Assembly: GCF_009914755.1 (NCBI RefSeq)
Contig: NC_060925.1
Length of the DNA stretch: 64,000 bases
Direction: 5' to 3' (one strand)
DNA from: the human T2T-CHM13v2.0 reference genome, Homo sapiens
The position numbers were made by a program, and so were the translations under genes. The notes beneath the pieces are model-generated. The model was not told the DNA's origin, did not search any database, and saw nothing but the letters and a program-made list of their open reading frames with translations. Positions 1-13,500 of this stretch are shown piece by piece (position 1 is the stretch's first letter; each line of letters starts with the position of its first letter).

Positions 1-1673
<1,673 letters not shown>

Positions 1674-1728
1674 AAATGGAAATGCAAAGGACCAGGAATC
1701 ACCAACATTATTGTTTGAAAAGATAAAT

Positions 1729-2031
1729 GGCCAGATGCAGTGGATCACGCTTGTGATCCCAGCACTTTGGGAGGCTGAGGCAGGCGGATCACCTGAGGTC
1801 AGGAGTTTGAGACCAGCCTGGCCAACATGGTGAAATCTTGTCTCTATTGAAATACAAAATTAGCCAGGCATGGTAGCACATGCCTGTAATCCCAGCTACT
1901 CCAGAGGTTGAAGGAGAATATCTTGAACTCAGGAGGCGAAGGTTGCCATGAGCAGAGATCGCGCCAGTGCACTCCCGGCTGAGCAACAAAGTGAGACTCC
2001 ATCATCTCAAAAAAAAAAAAAAAAAAAAAAA
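1729..2031 (+). mobile_element. AluS (Sx/Sq-like)
   Basis: Dimeric Alu with CACCTGAGGTCAGGAGTTTGAGACCAGCCTGGCCAACATGG and a long A tail; TSD approximately AAAAGA(T/C)AAA. Confidence 0.95.
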
Positions 2032-2292
2032 GACAAAGAACACTATCATTTTTCCACTAGCTGATTTCAGGATTTAGTACTCATCTGGAGTGGTCAAGAT
2101 AATATGATATAGGCAAATAGATAGTCATATACGTCAGTGAAAGAGATTAGAGAGTACAGAAATAAACTCACAACATAAGTGGCCAATTTTATTTCACCAA
2201 AGGAATCAAACTAACTTAATTGAGAAATGATTGTCTTTTTAACAAATAGTCCTGGAGTAACTGAATACACATATGTTGTCAAAATAAAAATG

Positions 2293-2597
2293 CAGCCTAT
2301 TGTGGCTCATGCCTGTAATCCCAGCGCTTCGGGAAGCTGAGGCAGGAGGATGGCTAGAGCTCAGGGGTTTGAGACTAGCCTGGGCAACATAGTGAAAGCC
2401 TGTCTCTACAAAACTTACAAAAATTAGCCACATATAGTGTCATGCACTTGTAGTCCCAGCTACTTGGGAGGCTGAGGTGGTAAGATCACTTGAGCCCAGG
2501 AAGCAGCAGTTGTAGTGAGCCATGATTGCGTGACTGCACTCCAACCAGAGTGACAGAGTGACACCATGTCTCAACAACAGCAACAACAACAAAAAAG
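2293..2597 (+). mobile_element. AluJ with (CAA)n tail
   Basis: J-type motifs GGAGGATGGCTAGAGCTCAGG, CTGGGCAACATAGTG, ATCACTTGAGCCCAGG. Confidence 0.9.
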
Positions 2598-3739
2598 CAT
2601 TAAAGAAAAAAATGTAAAAACCCCAAATTACAAAATTCTCAGAAAAATAAAAAAACTCAAGGGAAAAAAATTGTGACCTTTGCATAGGCCAACTAAATGG
2701 GCCCATTTAGTCCCATTCCTAAATGGGACTCAAAAGGCACAAGTCATAAAAATTTTTTAAAAATTGTTTAAACTTCGACTAATTAATAGACACTATTATG
2801 AAAATGAAAAAGACATAAACTTGAAGAAAATATATATCTGACTTTTATTAAGATGATAAAAGTCTCCAATATCTCAATGATAAGAAAATAGCAGAAAACT
2901 ACAAAGTGGGTAAATATTTGGATAGGCAACTCATGAAAGAAGATAAGTAATCAGATTTAACATGTCAAACATGCTCAATATTTTTAGCTATTAGAGAAAC
3001 GCAAATCAAAACCACAGAGATATCATACACATCCACTAAAGAGGCTAAAACAAAAGAGTCTGGCAAAATCAATTGTTGATAGGGACTTGGGGCAACTGGG
3101 ATATTAATATGTTGCAATGGGGAATAAAAAATGGTACAACCACTTTAGAAAACATTTTGCTGCTTTTTAAAAAGTTAATTTACCATGAGACACAGAAATT
3201 CCACCCTAATTATCAAAAGCAAACATATTTAAAAAAATTTGTACCTAGATACTTGTAGCAGCTTCATTCATAATATCCCCACATTCAACTTAAAGCAAAT
3301 GTCCATCAAGGGCAAAATAAGTAAAATTATGATATATACATATATCCATATATTGAAAGGCTAATTAACACTTTAAACCCAATTATTACACACAACACTA
3401 ATAAATATAAAAACCTTATATTTAGCCAAAGAAAACAGAAAGAAAACTTTGTAGACTATATGATTCCCTTTATATGAAAACCTAGAAATGCAAATATCAG
3501 ATGAGTGGTTGCTGAGGGCCAAGAATTTGGGGGCTTTTGACTGCAGTGAGGCATAAGGGGACATTTTATGTTATTGAAACATTCTGTATCTTGATTTTGC
3601 TGATGCATATAGGTGTGTATATTTGTCAAAACTCATAGGACTCACAACATAATACGGGTATATTTTATTAGGTAAGTTATCAATAAGGTTAATTAAATTA
3701 TAAAAATAGATGCCAAAAAGTGATTTGAAAAAAAAAATA

Positions 3740-4615
3740 GGAAGGTAAGGAACTCTCTAAAATGGGGACTTCCATAAAATATAGTGGTCAGTGAAGACTT
3801 CATCTTCATTGACACTTGAGCAATTTGTTAAATGAAGACAGTCAATGAGGCGGAAGAACATTTTAGGTCAAGGGAACAATAATTGTAAAGTCCATTAGCT
3901 GGGAGTACACATGATATATCTGAAAAACAGCTAGAAGGTTATATTCTGGCCAGTAGTTAGTAAGAGAATAGTAATTAGAGATGTTGTTAGAGCAGTAAAG
4001 TCAGAAGTAGGAGAGAGGTGAAAAATCTTCAGAATCCTTGTAGGCTATTTTAAGGATTCAGTAGTTTTGAGCAGAGTGATGACACTATTTGATATATTTT
4101 AAATAGATAACTCTAGCTGTTGTATGGAATATTAATGTGAGGAAAGGAAATGGAACATGCAAGCAAACAATTCAAAAAGCTATAGCGAGATTCTAAAAAT
4201 ATTTATATTACCTTTATATTTTCAACAGGATTTTCTGACAGACTGGATGTTGGATTTGAGAGAAATTAAGGAATTTTAGATGACTCCAAGCATGCTGGAT
4301 GAATAAAGAGAAGAATAAAACATTGCTTATGAAAGTAAATAAAACTACAGAAGATTCAAGGTTTTACTATCAGGGATACAAAATTTCAGTATTGAGTATG
4401 CTAAGTTTAAAGTACTTATTATTCATCTATCTCTAGAATGGTCAATAGGTAATTGAAAATATATGACTAGTGTTCATCGAGATATACATTTATAAGGTAT
4501 CAATTAATACATAAAATTTAAATTATGAAATGTTTGAGATTACTAAGAGAGTAAGTGTGAATGAAGAAAGTAAAATGCCCAATGACTGGATTTTGGATCA
4601 TACCAAAGTAAAAAA
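3740..4615 (-). mobile_element. LINE-2 segment 1
   Basis: Purine-rich + strand with recalled L2-antisense motifs (GGTCAGTGAAGAC...GACACTTGAGC, GAAGAACATTTTAGGTCAAGGGAACA, GATGACTCCAAG). Confidence 0.7.
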
Positions 4616-6798
4616 TGTCAATGAGAGTATGACGTTAAGCAGATGGCAGAACAGAAACCTCTTTTCTGTGAGTGAGACGTGAGACGCCTAATAATTAACA
4701 ATAATACAAAGACCAACCTCCTTTGTGAGAAATCCATAAACCAATTAATAAGTTCCTTTATCCCAGGCAAACAGAAAAACAGCTGCATCAAAGCTGGCAG
4801 GAAATTTGTGGGGCCCACTCCATAGAGCTGCTTCCCATGGAACAACAAGGTACAATAGGGAAGAAATTTCCAACTCCAGCCTTCTCCCTGGGAAGGAAAA
4901 GACTTGACTGTACTTCCAACATTCTGACTTTTCAGAGGAATAAACAAGTGATGGATTTCTGTATTGTCTGAAGCTAGAGGCTGCTGAGAAAGAAAAAAAA
5001 GCCACAGTTTTGAATATAGGCGTGCATCTGTGAGAGCCCCTCCTCCTGATACAGCACTGAGTGAGTGGGAAGCCAAAGAATTCCAGTTTCTCCATGGGTG
5101 GAGAGTGGTGGGGGGAGAGTTGGAACATGCATCCAGTGTTTTAGCTTTTCCAGGGGCATCAAAGGAATTTGTTGCTATCTGGCCTGTCTTGGAGTGCTAA
5201 TGGCACCTAATATACTCTACATGCTTGGGAGTTGCTGAGGACAAAAAAGAAGTAGCCGTTGCTGCTCCAGAGAACCTGTAATACTGCTGCAAATAAAAAC
5301 CTGAGAACACAATAGCTTATGAGCTCCTGAAAAGAGAAACCAGTAAAGGAAACCTCTGTAGTTGGGCATTCACATGCACAAACCTGAGAAGATGTATCCC
5401 CAGAAAATAGTTGAGACATTTCCATAATCTATACCCAGGCTGATTTTCAAAGATATTTTCCTGTATGAAGCTAGGCTGTAAAGTCTAGGTAGGAGAGGTT
5501 GCTGTTTTATTCAAATGTGGAGATAACAACACAAAGTTATAAGACACGTAGAAACAGGAAATCATGGCACAATCAGAGGAACAAACTAAATCTCCAGCAA
5601 ATGTCTATAAAGAAATGGAGGTCTACAAGTTACCTAACAAATAATTCAAATTTATTTTCATAAGATGCTCAATTGGCTTAGGAAAATGATATATGAATAA
5701 AATTAAAATTTCAACAAATAGAAAACATTAAAAATGTAAAAGAACCAAACAGATTTTAGCTTGGAATAATATAAAAGCTGAATTGAAATTTAGTGAAATT
5801 TCAGCAGTAGACTTAACAGAAGAAAGAAATGGCAAATTCAAAGACAGGTTATTTAAAATTATCCAGTCAGAGAAGCAAAAAGAAAAATGAATGAAGAAGA
5901 ATGGGACATCATGAAGCATAGCAATGTGCACATTATAGCATCCCAGAAAATAAAGAGAAAGATAAAAGGATAGAAAGCATATTTACAGAAATAGTGGCCA
6001 CACATTTCCCAAATCTGGGAAAGAAAACGGACATCCAGATTCAAGACCAGTAGATGCTAAATAGAATGAACTACACTGAGCCATATTATAATCAAACTGT
6101 CAAAATTCAAAGACAGTATTTTGAAAGTAGCAAAACAGGAGAGAATCATCATCTACAAAGGAACTCTTGTTCGTAAAATCTCAATCAGCAAAATTGTCAG
6201 TAAAAATCTTGCAGGACAGAATGAAGTGGAATTATGAAATTTCATTTACATTGAAAAGAGAAAAAAATCAGCCAAGCAAGAATATTATATCTGGAAAAAC
6301 TGTCCTTCAAAAATGAAGGAGAAATAAAAACCCTCCCAGATAAAAAAAAAGCTGGGAGAATTTATTACCACATATCTGGCTTACAATTAGCTAAAAGTCA
6401 CCTTTCAAGTCAAAAAGAAAGGACAGTAGATAGCAACATGAAGGCACAGGTAAGTATAAGAGTACCTATAAGCTTTCTGATAAAGGTAAATATGTAGACA
6501 AATAAAGTATACTGTAATATTGTAATGGTAGTGTGTAAATCATTTTGAATTTTGGTATAGAATTTAAAAAGCAAAAAGACTAAAAATAGTTTAAACTGTA
6601 TAATATATAAATGGATAAATAATATAAAAAGATATAATTTGTGACATCAATAATATAAATAGTGGACTGTGGAAGTAATTGAGTACAATATTTGTATGCG
6701 ATTAAAGCTAAGTTGACATCGGTGTAAAGTAGATTGCTGTTTTATGAAAGTGTCATGGTAACCACAGGAAAAAAAAAAAACCTGCAAAAGATATACAC

Positions 6799-7080
6799 AG
6801 CTGGGCATGGTGGCACATACCTGTAATCCCAGAAGTTGGGAGAACAAGGCAGGAAGATTGCTTGAGCCCAGGAGTTCAAGACCAGCCTGAGCAACATAGA
6901 GAGCTACAAAAAGTACAAAAATCAGCTGGATGTGGTGGCGCATACCTGTAAGTCCCAGCTACAATGCTACTTGGGAAGCTGAGACAGGAGGATCACTTGA
7001 GCCCAGGAGGCTGCAGTGAGCTGTGTTCACACCACTGTACTTCGACTTGAGCAATGGAGTGAGACCCTGCCTCAAAAAAA
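6799..7080 (+). mobile_element. AluJ
   Basis: GCTGGGCATGGTGGC...GATTGCTTGAGCCCAGGAGTTCAAGACCAGCCTGAGCAACATAG...GAGACCCTGCCTCAAAA. Confidence 0.92.
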
Positions 7081-7472
7081 ATATATATGGTATATATATA
7101 ACGGTATATATAAAATATATATATATGGTATATATATAATGGTATATATAAAATTTATATGGTATATATAATGGTATATATAAAATATATATGGTATATA
7201 TAATGGTATATATAAAATATATATGGTATATATAATGGTATATATAAAATATATATGGTATATATAATGGTATATATAAAATATATATGGTATATATAAT
7301 GGTATATATAAAATATATATGGTATATATATACACACTATATATAGTGTGTATATATAGTATATATAGTGTGTATATATAGTGCATATATACCATATATA
7401 TTATATATACCATTATTTATATACCATATATATTTTATATATATCATTATATATATACCATATATATATATA
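7081..7472. repeat. AT-rich minisatellite (32-bp unit GGTATATATAATGGTATATATAAAATATATAT, about 7 copies), followed by inverted degenerate copies
   Basis: Direct reading: GG-containing units 7081-7330, then CC-containing (reverse-complement) units 7385-7472. Confidence 0.95.
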
Positions 7473-7535
7473 TTTTGAGGCAGAGTCTCACTCCATTGCC
7501 CAGGTTGAAGTACAGTAGTGTGAACACAGCTCACT
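7473..7535 (-). mobile_element. Inverted 63-bp copy of the 3' end of the adjacent AluJ
   Basis: Reverse complement of 7015-7077 with 5 mismatches in 63 nt. Confidence 0.9.
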
Positions 7536-7889
7536 ATATACCAAAGAAAATTAAAGAAAAATCAAAACATATTACCAGAAAGAAAAAAAATATGAATGAA
7601 ACACAAAGGAAACAGTAGGAGAGGAAAAGATGGGCAAAAAATTATCAGATAGATAAAATTAATTAACAAAACAGCAAGACATTTGCTATTAATAATTACT
7701 TTAAATATAAACAAACTCCCCAATCAAAAGTCATAGTGACTGAGTGGATATAAAACAAGACCCAACTCTATGTGGTCTGTAAGAGACTCCTTTTAAATTT
7801 AAAGACATAAAGGATCTGAAAGTGACTAGATTAAAAAAGACATTCCATGCAAATGCTAACAAAAGGAAAGCAGGAAAGATCATACTTAT

Positions 7890-8367
7890 TGTAGGAGATC
7901 GATCAGGGTGGTGGAAGATTTGTAAGAAAAGTTACAGGGAAAGACACAAACCTTCTTGGAAGGCCGGGAGGTTTTGCAAAGTTTAAGGAGAGAATAAAGG
8001 CTGAAGGCAGCTAATTCTCTTACCCTGAGGTAGAGGGCGAAAAGTAGGTGCAAGGGAATGCAGGGGAATTTATATAGATAAGTTTATTTATTTTATTTTC
8101 CGGAAACCAACCTTTGATCATCCACGCACAAGACTGCTCCCTGCAAGGGGGGACAACAATGTTAATTATCTACAAGTTGTGTTAGGTCCAGGCCTTTGTC
8201 ATTAAATCTGTGCTGAATAAATATAAGCAGCTCTGGCTTATCGAGATTGCTAACTGTCTTCGGCCCCTGGTGCTGGTAGTCCCCTAGCCCATCCTTTCAC
8301 TGGATACCTGTGTCTAAGTACTCCTTTCATCTGTCACTCGGCCAGGGTCTGCGGGACAGACTTGACA
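7890..8367 (+). mobile_element. LTR22-family solo LTR (HERV-K HML-5)
   Basis: Starts TGTAGGAGATCGATCAGGGTGGTGG...AAACCTTCTTGGAAGGCCGGGAGGTTTTGCAAA; ends GGCCAGGGTCTGCGGGACAGACTTGACA; 6-bp TSD ACTTAT/ACTTAC; AATAAA near 8216. Confidence 0.88.
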
Positions 8368-8925
8368 ACTTACATCGGAAAAAAATAGTTGAAAAATCAA
8401 AAATTTTCACAAAAGACAAAGAAGGACATTAATGATAAAAAAAAATTCACCAGGAAGATATAATTATAAAGATATTATGCACACATACACGTGCACACAC
8501 ACATACACATGCACATATTACATGTATATATTCAGACACCAAAATATAAAAGCAAATATTGGCAGAACTGAAGTGAGAAATAGGTAGAAATACAAAAAGA
8601 GTTTGAAATTTTGTTATCCTACTTTAATTATGGATAGAACCACCAGAAAATAAAGAGAGCATTTGAATAACACTATAGACCAACTGAACCTAATAGACAT
8701 ATCCAGAACTTCCACCAAACAGCAGCAGAATTCATTGTTTTTTCCTCAAACTGATATTAAAATTTCTCCAGGAAAGATCACATGTTAGGTCACAAAACCA
8801 GTCTTACAAATTTAAGATGATTGAAATCATATTAAATATCTTTTCCAAGCACAATGGAATGAAATTAGAAATTAATACCAGGAGAAAACTGGAAAATTAA
8901 CAAACGTAAATATTAAACAACATAC

Positions 8926-9240
8926 GTGTGTGTGTGTGTGTGAGAGAGAGAGAGAAAGAGAGCGAGAGAGAAGGTCTCACTCTGTCAACAGGCTGGAGTG
9001 CAGTGGCACAATTTTGGCCCACTGTAACCGCTATCTCCCAGGCTTCAACCTCAGCCTCCTACTAAGGAGGAGCTGGGACCACAGATGCAGGCCACCATGG
9101 CCGTCTAATTTTTGTATTTTTAGTAGAGATGGAGTTTCACTATGTTGTCCAGGCTGGTCTGGAACTCCTGAGCTCAAGTGATCTGCCCACCTTGGCCCAC
9201 CAAGTGCTGGGATTACCAGCATGAGCCTCTGTGCCCAGCC
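8926..9240 (-). mobile_element. AluJ whose tail has become a (TG)n(AG)n microsatellite
   Basis: Alu body 8972-9240 (CTCCTGAGCTCAAGTGATC); TSD TAAACAACATAC at 8914 and 9244 encloses the microsatellite. Confidence 0.9.
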
Positions 9241-9579
9241 AGCTAAACAACATACTTTTAAACAGTATGTGGTTTAACTACCAATAAATTACTAGAGACT
9301 TAGACAACATCTTGAGACAAACACAAAAGTACAGTATACAAAACTTTATATGATTTAGCAACATTAGCAGCAAGAAGGAAATAATAAAGATTAGAGCAGA
9401 AATAAAATAGATAATATAAAAACAGAACAAAATCAATAAATGTAAAGGTTGTTTTTTGAAAAAATTAATTAACAAAATTGACAAATCTTTAGCTAGACTA
9501 CCTAAGAATGAGAGGACTCAAGCAAAAGCAACATTAGCAATGTTGGACATTTTTACCACCATAATAAAAATGCCAGTAA

Positions 9580-10595
9580 AATGAGAATAAAAAAAAAAGG
9601 AGAATCAGTAGAGTACGGAGGAAAAGAAGTGTGTGATATTCATGAAAAATAAATAATATATATATATTAATAGTCAAATACTGATCTAGTTACTTACAGG
9701 AGGATTCATTCAGTTTAGCAACATGTAGGTCATTGGTAAATTTCAAAAGAACATTTACATAGAATGTGAGGACAAACCTAATATGAAGATGATTAAAAAA
9801 AATAAACTGTGGCAGAAATGTAAAAATGTGTTACTATTAGAGTGAAAATAGCAATTAGGATAGAAAGAAGCGTTTGTCATTGAGGGAGTATTATGAAAGG
9901 CTTCTGAAAGTCAGGCAAGGTTCTATTTCCTGACTTGTATAGTAGTTATAAGCTGGTTTGTACTAAAATTATTTAAGATACGTATTAGTTTAATGATTTT
10001 ATTTATGTTAAATTTAGTAACTTCTAAATTTAAAGCTTTACAAAAGAATGATGGAAAAAAGCAGGACAACCAATTTTTCTGTATATGCACGCTGAGAAAT
10101 AGGGTAGTAGGTTAGAGAAAACTATAGAATCAAGAACATTTTATATTTTTTAATGGATAATACAGGATATGTTTATATTCTAATAAAAATGATCCAACTG
10201 GGAGTGAAAACTGGTGATTCAAATTAAGTGGGAGAATTGCTGGTGAAATATTCTTTAAAAATACATCAGAAGATGGCATCTAGTACACATGGATCTAGTA
10301 CACATAGATCTAGTACACATGTGCTTTAGTTAACATCAAGGACAGTTTATCTATAATAAGGGTATACTTCAAGAGTGACCATAGATTTAAGTAGATGAGC
10401 AAACAAGGATTTGAGCTTAGGAAAGAGCTGTTCAAATGTACATTTCAAGCTTCAAAAGATACTAGGTCATCAAAGAAGTTTGAGTTTTGAGTAGGAGGAA
10501 TTGCGGTTTAATATGACTAAAGAACTCATAAAATTGAAATCTAAGAGAGTGGAAGTGGGACTGAAATAGGCAAATGCAGTAAGATTGTTGGCGTT
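9580..10595 (-). mobile_element. LINE-2 segment 2, with a short + strand L1ME 3' fragment at ~9830-10020
   Basis: L2-antisense motifs TTTAGCAACATGTAGGTCATTGGT and GAAAACTGGTGATTCA. Confidence 0.6.
10279..10321. repeat. 15-bp tandem triplication (ATCTAGTACACATnG)
   Basis: Direct reading: atctagtacacatgg-atctagtacacatag-atctagtacacat. Confidence 0.9.
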
Positions 10596-13500
10596 GGGAC
10601 TTTCTCCAAGATGGCCAACTAGATGCAGCTGGGAACCTTTTTCTACAGAAAGACCGTGATTGTAACTACACCAACAAAATTTTAACAGATTTTCAGAGAG
10701 AACATGCAAAATATTGATGGAGAAAAGATGCAGTTGCTAAGGCTAAAAAGGGAGGAAGCAGAGGACCCTATATGGGGTGACTGGATGGTGCTTGGGGAAG
10801 TGGTGAGTTAAATGACTGGGGAACTGCCCACTCTCACCAGGGACCTCTGGTATCCTAGCTGCAGGAGATCCCACATCCCCACAGACATGTGAGCTGACAA
10901 GGGGATATCCATGGATATTAGATGAAGATATTAGATGAAGATAGAACTGCAGTAGGCAGAGAGCTGAGATTCTTTGAGCACAGGTGAGTTCTGGCAGAGC
11001 CTGGCCATGAGTGCCCACCCACGAGGGCTCCCTGCCTCCCTCCAACCGAGAGGTCCTGGCCCCAGCTAACAACCAGGGAGAAAGCAGGACCAGCTTCCTC
11101 ACAGGACTGAGGCACATCTGTCCTGCAGACCTGTCTATTCACCAGCCCCTCCCATGGTCCTTGCCTGGCCACTCCATAAGAATGCATACCCAGTGTAGCC
11201 TCTGCTGCCCAGCCTAGGTGCTTTGTTTCACCTGAGTGAATCCTGGCAGCCTGGGAACGCTTCAGATCCCACACTGTACCAGGAACCCAACCACAAGCAT
11301 TCAGAAGAAGAAGCAGCCAGCATGTCCTCGCACCCCAGGACTGTGGCCTGCAGCTTAGGAGTGCCAAAATGGGATCTGTGCTTGGCACTTGAAAGGGGGA
11401 GGAGCCCACACTCTCAGAAAACTGAGAAGGCTGCATTGCACAGGTTCAGAAGTCGGTGTGGAGCCTAGCCATACTTCCCTCCAGGGTTACTCCAATAAAG
11501 ATGTAGCTTATTTTCCTGTCAGACCTCTCCCCAACAGAGCCCTGTGGCCCAAGAGGCCTAACGACAACAAAAGCAAACCCTATCTACTGCCCATTGCTCT
11601 CAAGCACCATCTGCTGGATCACAGCCCAACTACAAAACCAGAAATCACTTTACTAACTCTTCTCCTGCAAAACCAAGAGCAAGAATTCTACAACAAAGAC
11701 TGTACAGAGCTTCGTCATCTGAAAACTTCCAGAAATGAGGTCAATAGACTATAGTTGATTTATTCCTCAATAAAAGGAATGTCAGCCCTCTCAGATGAAA
11801 GAATCAGCACAAGAACTGTGACAATTCAAAAAGCCAGATGCCCCTATGCCTCCAAACAAGCCACTAACTCCCCAGCAATAGTTCTTAACAAGACTAAATT
11901 ATCTGAAATGACAGACATGGAATTCAGAATCTGAATCACTAGGAACCTCATCATGATCTAAGAGAAAGTTGAAACTCAATCCAAGGAATCAAGAAATACA
12001 GTAAAATGATTCAAGAGATGAAAGACATAATTCCCATTTTAACAAAGACTCAAGCTCAGCTTCTTGAGCTGAAGAATTCATTACAAGAATTTCATAATAC
12101 AGTTGGAAGTATTAACAGAAGAACAGACTAAACTGAGGAAAGAATCTCAGAGTTCAAACACCGGTTCTTTGAATTAGCTCAGTCAGACAAAAGTAAGGAA
12201 AAAAGAATTAAGAAAAAAGAACAAAAACTCCCAGAAATATGGGATTATGTAAAGAGACCAAATCTAAAACTCATCAGCATTCCAGAGAGAGAGAAGACAG
12301 AATAAACAGCTTGGAAAGTATACTTGAGAGTATCGTGCATGAAAATTTCTCTAATCTCACTGAAGAGGATTACATGAAAATCTGAGAAATACAGAGAACC
12401 CCAGCCAGGTACTATACAAGATAACCATCCCCAAGACACATAGTCTTCAGATTAACCAAGGTCTATGCCAAAGAAAAAGAAAAACAAGGCAGCTAGAGAG
12501 AAGGGGCAGGTAACCTACACAGGGAACCCTATCAGCCTAGCAGCAGCCCTCTTAGCAGAAACCTTACAAACCAGAGGAGGTTGGGGGCCTATTTCCTGTG
12601 TCCATAAAGAAAAGAAATTCCAACCAAGAAATTCATACCCTGCCACACTAAGCTTCATAAGTGAAGGAGAAATAAAATCCTTCTCTGACAATTCATTTCA
12701 ATTAGACCTGGCTTCCAAGTGGTTCATAAGGGAGCACTCAACATGAATTCAAATGAATGACACATGCTAACACAAAAGCACACACCTAAGCACATAGGCT
12801 ACAGGCACTATAAAGCAATTATGCAATCAAGTCTGCATAACAACCAGCTAATAATACAATCGAAGGATAAAAATCACGCATATCAATACTAACCTTGAAT
12901 GTAAATGGACTAAATGTCCCCACTTAAAAGACAGAGTGACTTTAAGGGATAAAAGAACAAGACCCAACCATCTGTTGTCTTCAAGAGACCCAAATGTAAT
13001 GACACCCAGGGGCTCAAAGTAAAAGGGTGGAGTAAGATTTACCATACAAACAGAAAAGAAAAAGAGCAGGCATCTCTATTCTTATATCAGATAAAACAGA
13101 CTTTAAACCAATAAAAACTAAGGATAATGAAGGGAATTACACAATGATAAAAGATACAATCCAACAAGAAGCCTTACTACCCTAAATATATACTCACTCA
13201 ACATTAGAGCACCCAGATTGATAAAACATCTTTTTCTTGTCCTATAAAAAGACCTGGACAACCATGCATTAATAGTGGGAGACTTCAGCACTCAACTGAC
13301 AGTGTTAGATCATGGAGGCAAAAAACTAAGAAAGAAACTTTAAACTTAAATTCAACTCTTGACCAACTGGACATGGTAGACATCTACAGAACACTCTACC
13401 CAACAACCATGGAATATACATTCTTCTTATCTCCACAGGGAACATATTCTAAGACTGACCACATACTTGGTCATAAAGCAAGCCTCAATAAATTTTTAAA

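Larger units (their letters stand above)
1674..3700 (+). mobile_element. Old L1M (L1ME/MD-like) ORF2 3' end and 3'UTR, split by two Alus
   Basis: Degenerate L1 motifs such as AGAGAGTACAGAAATAAACTCAC, GCAAATCAAAACCACA, AAAATGGTACAACCACTTTAGAAAAC, and a 3'UTR-like CATTCTGTATCTTGATT...TTTGTCAAAACTCAT. Confidence 0.75.
4620..9572 (+). mobile_element. Old L1M: 5'UTR, degenerate ORF1 (~5550-6420) and ORF2 start (~7670-9530); hosts two AluJ, a VNTR and LTR22
   Basis: ORF1 motifs (CCAAATCTGGGAAAG, ATATCTGGAAAAACTGTCCTTCAAAAATGAAGGAGAAATAAA); ORF2 EN motifs (CAAGACCCAACT...AAGAGACTC, GACCTAATAGACAT-like); ends in an L1M-like TTTTACCACCATAATAAAAA. Confidence 0.8.

Noticed and set aside
7072-7534. Tyr/Ile-rich ORFs, and a CRISPR-like look of the repeat
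   Set aside because: Translation of a TA-rich minisatellite; tandem units have no unique spacers and the context is eukaryotic.
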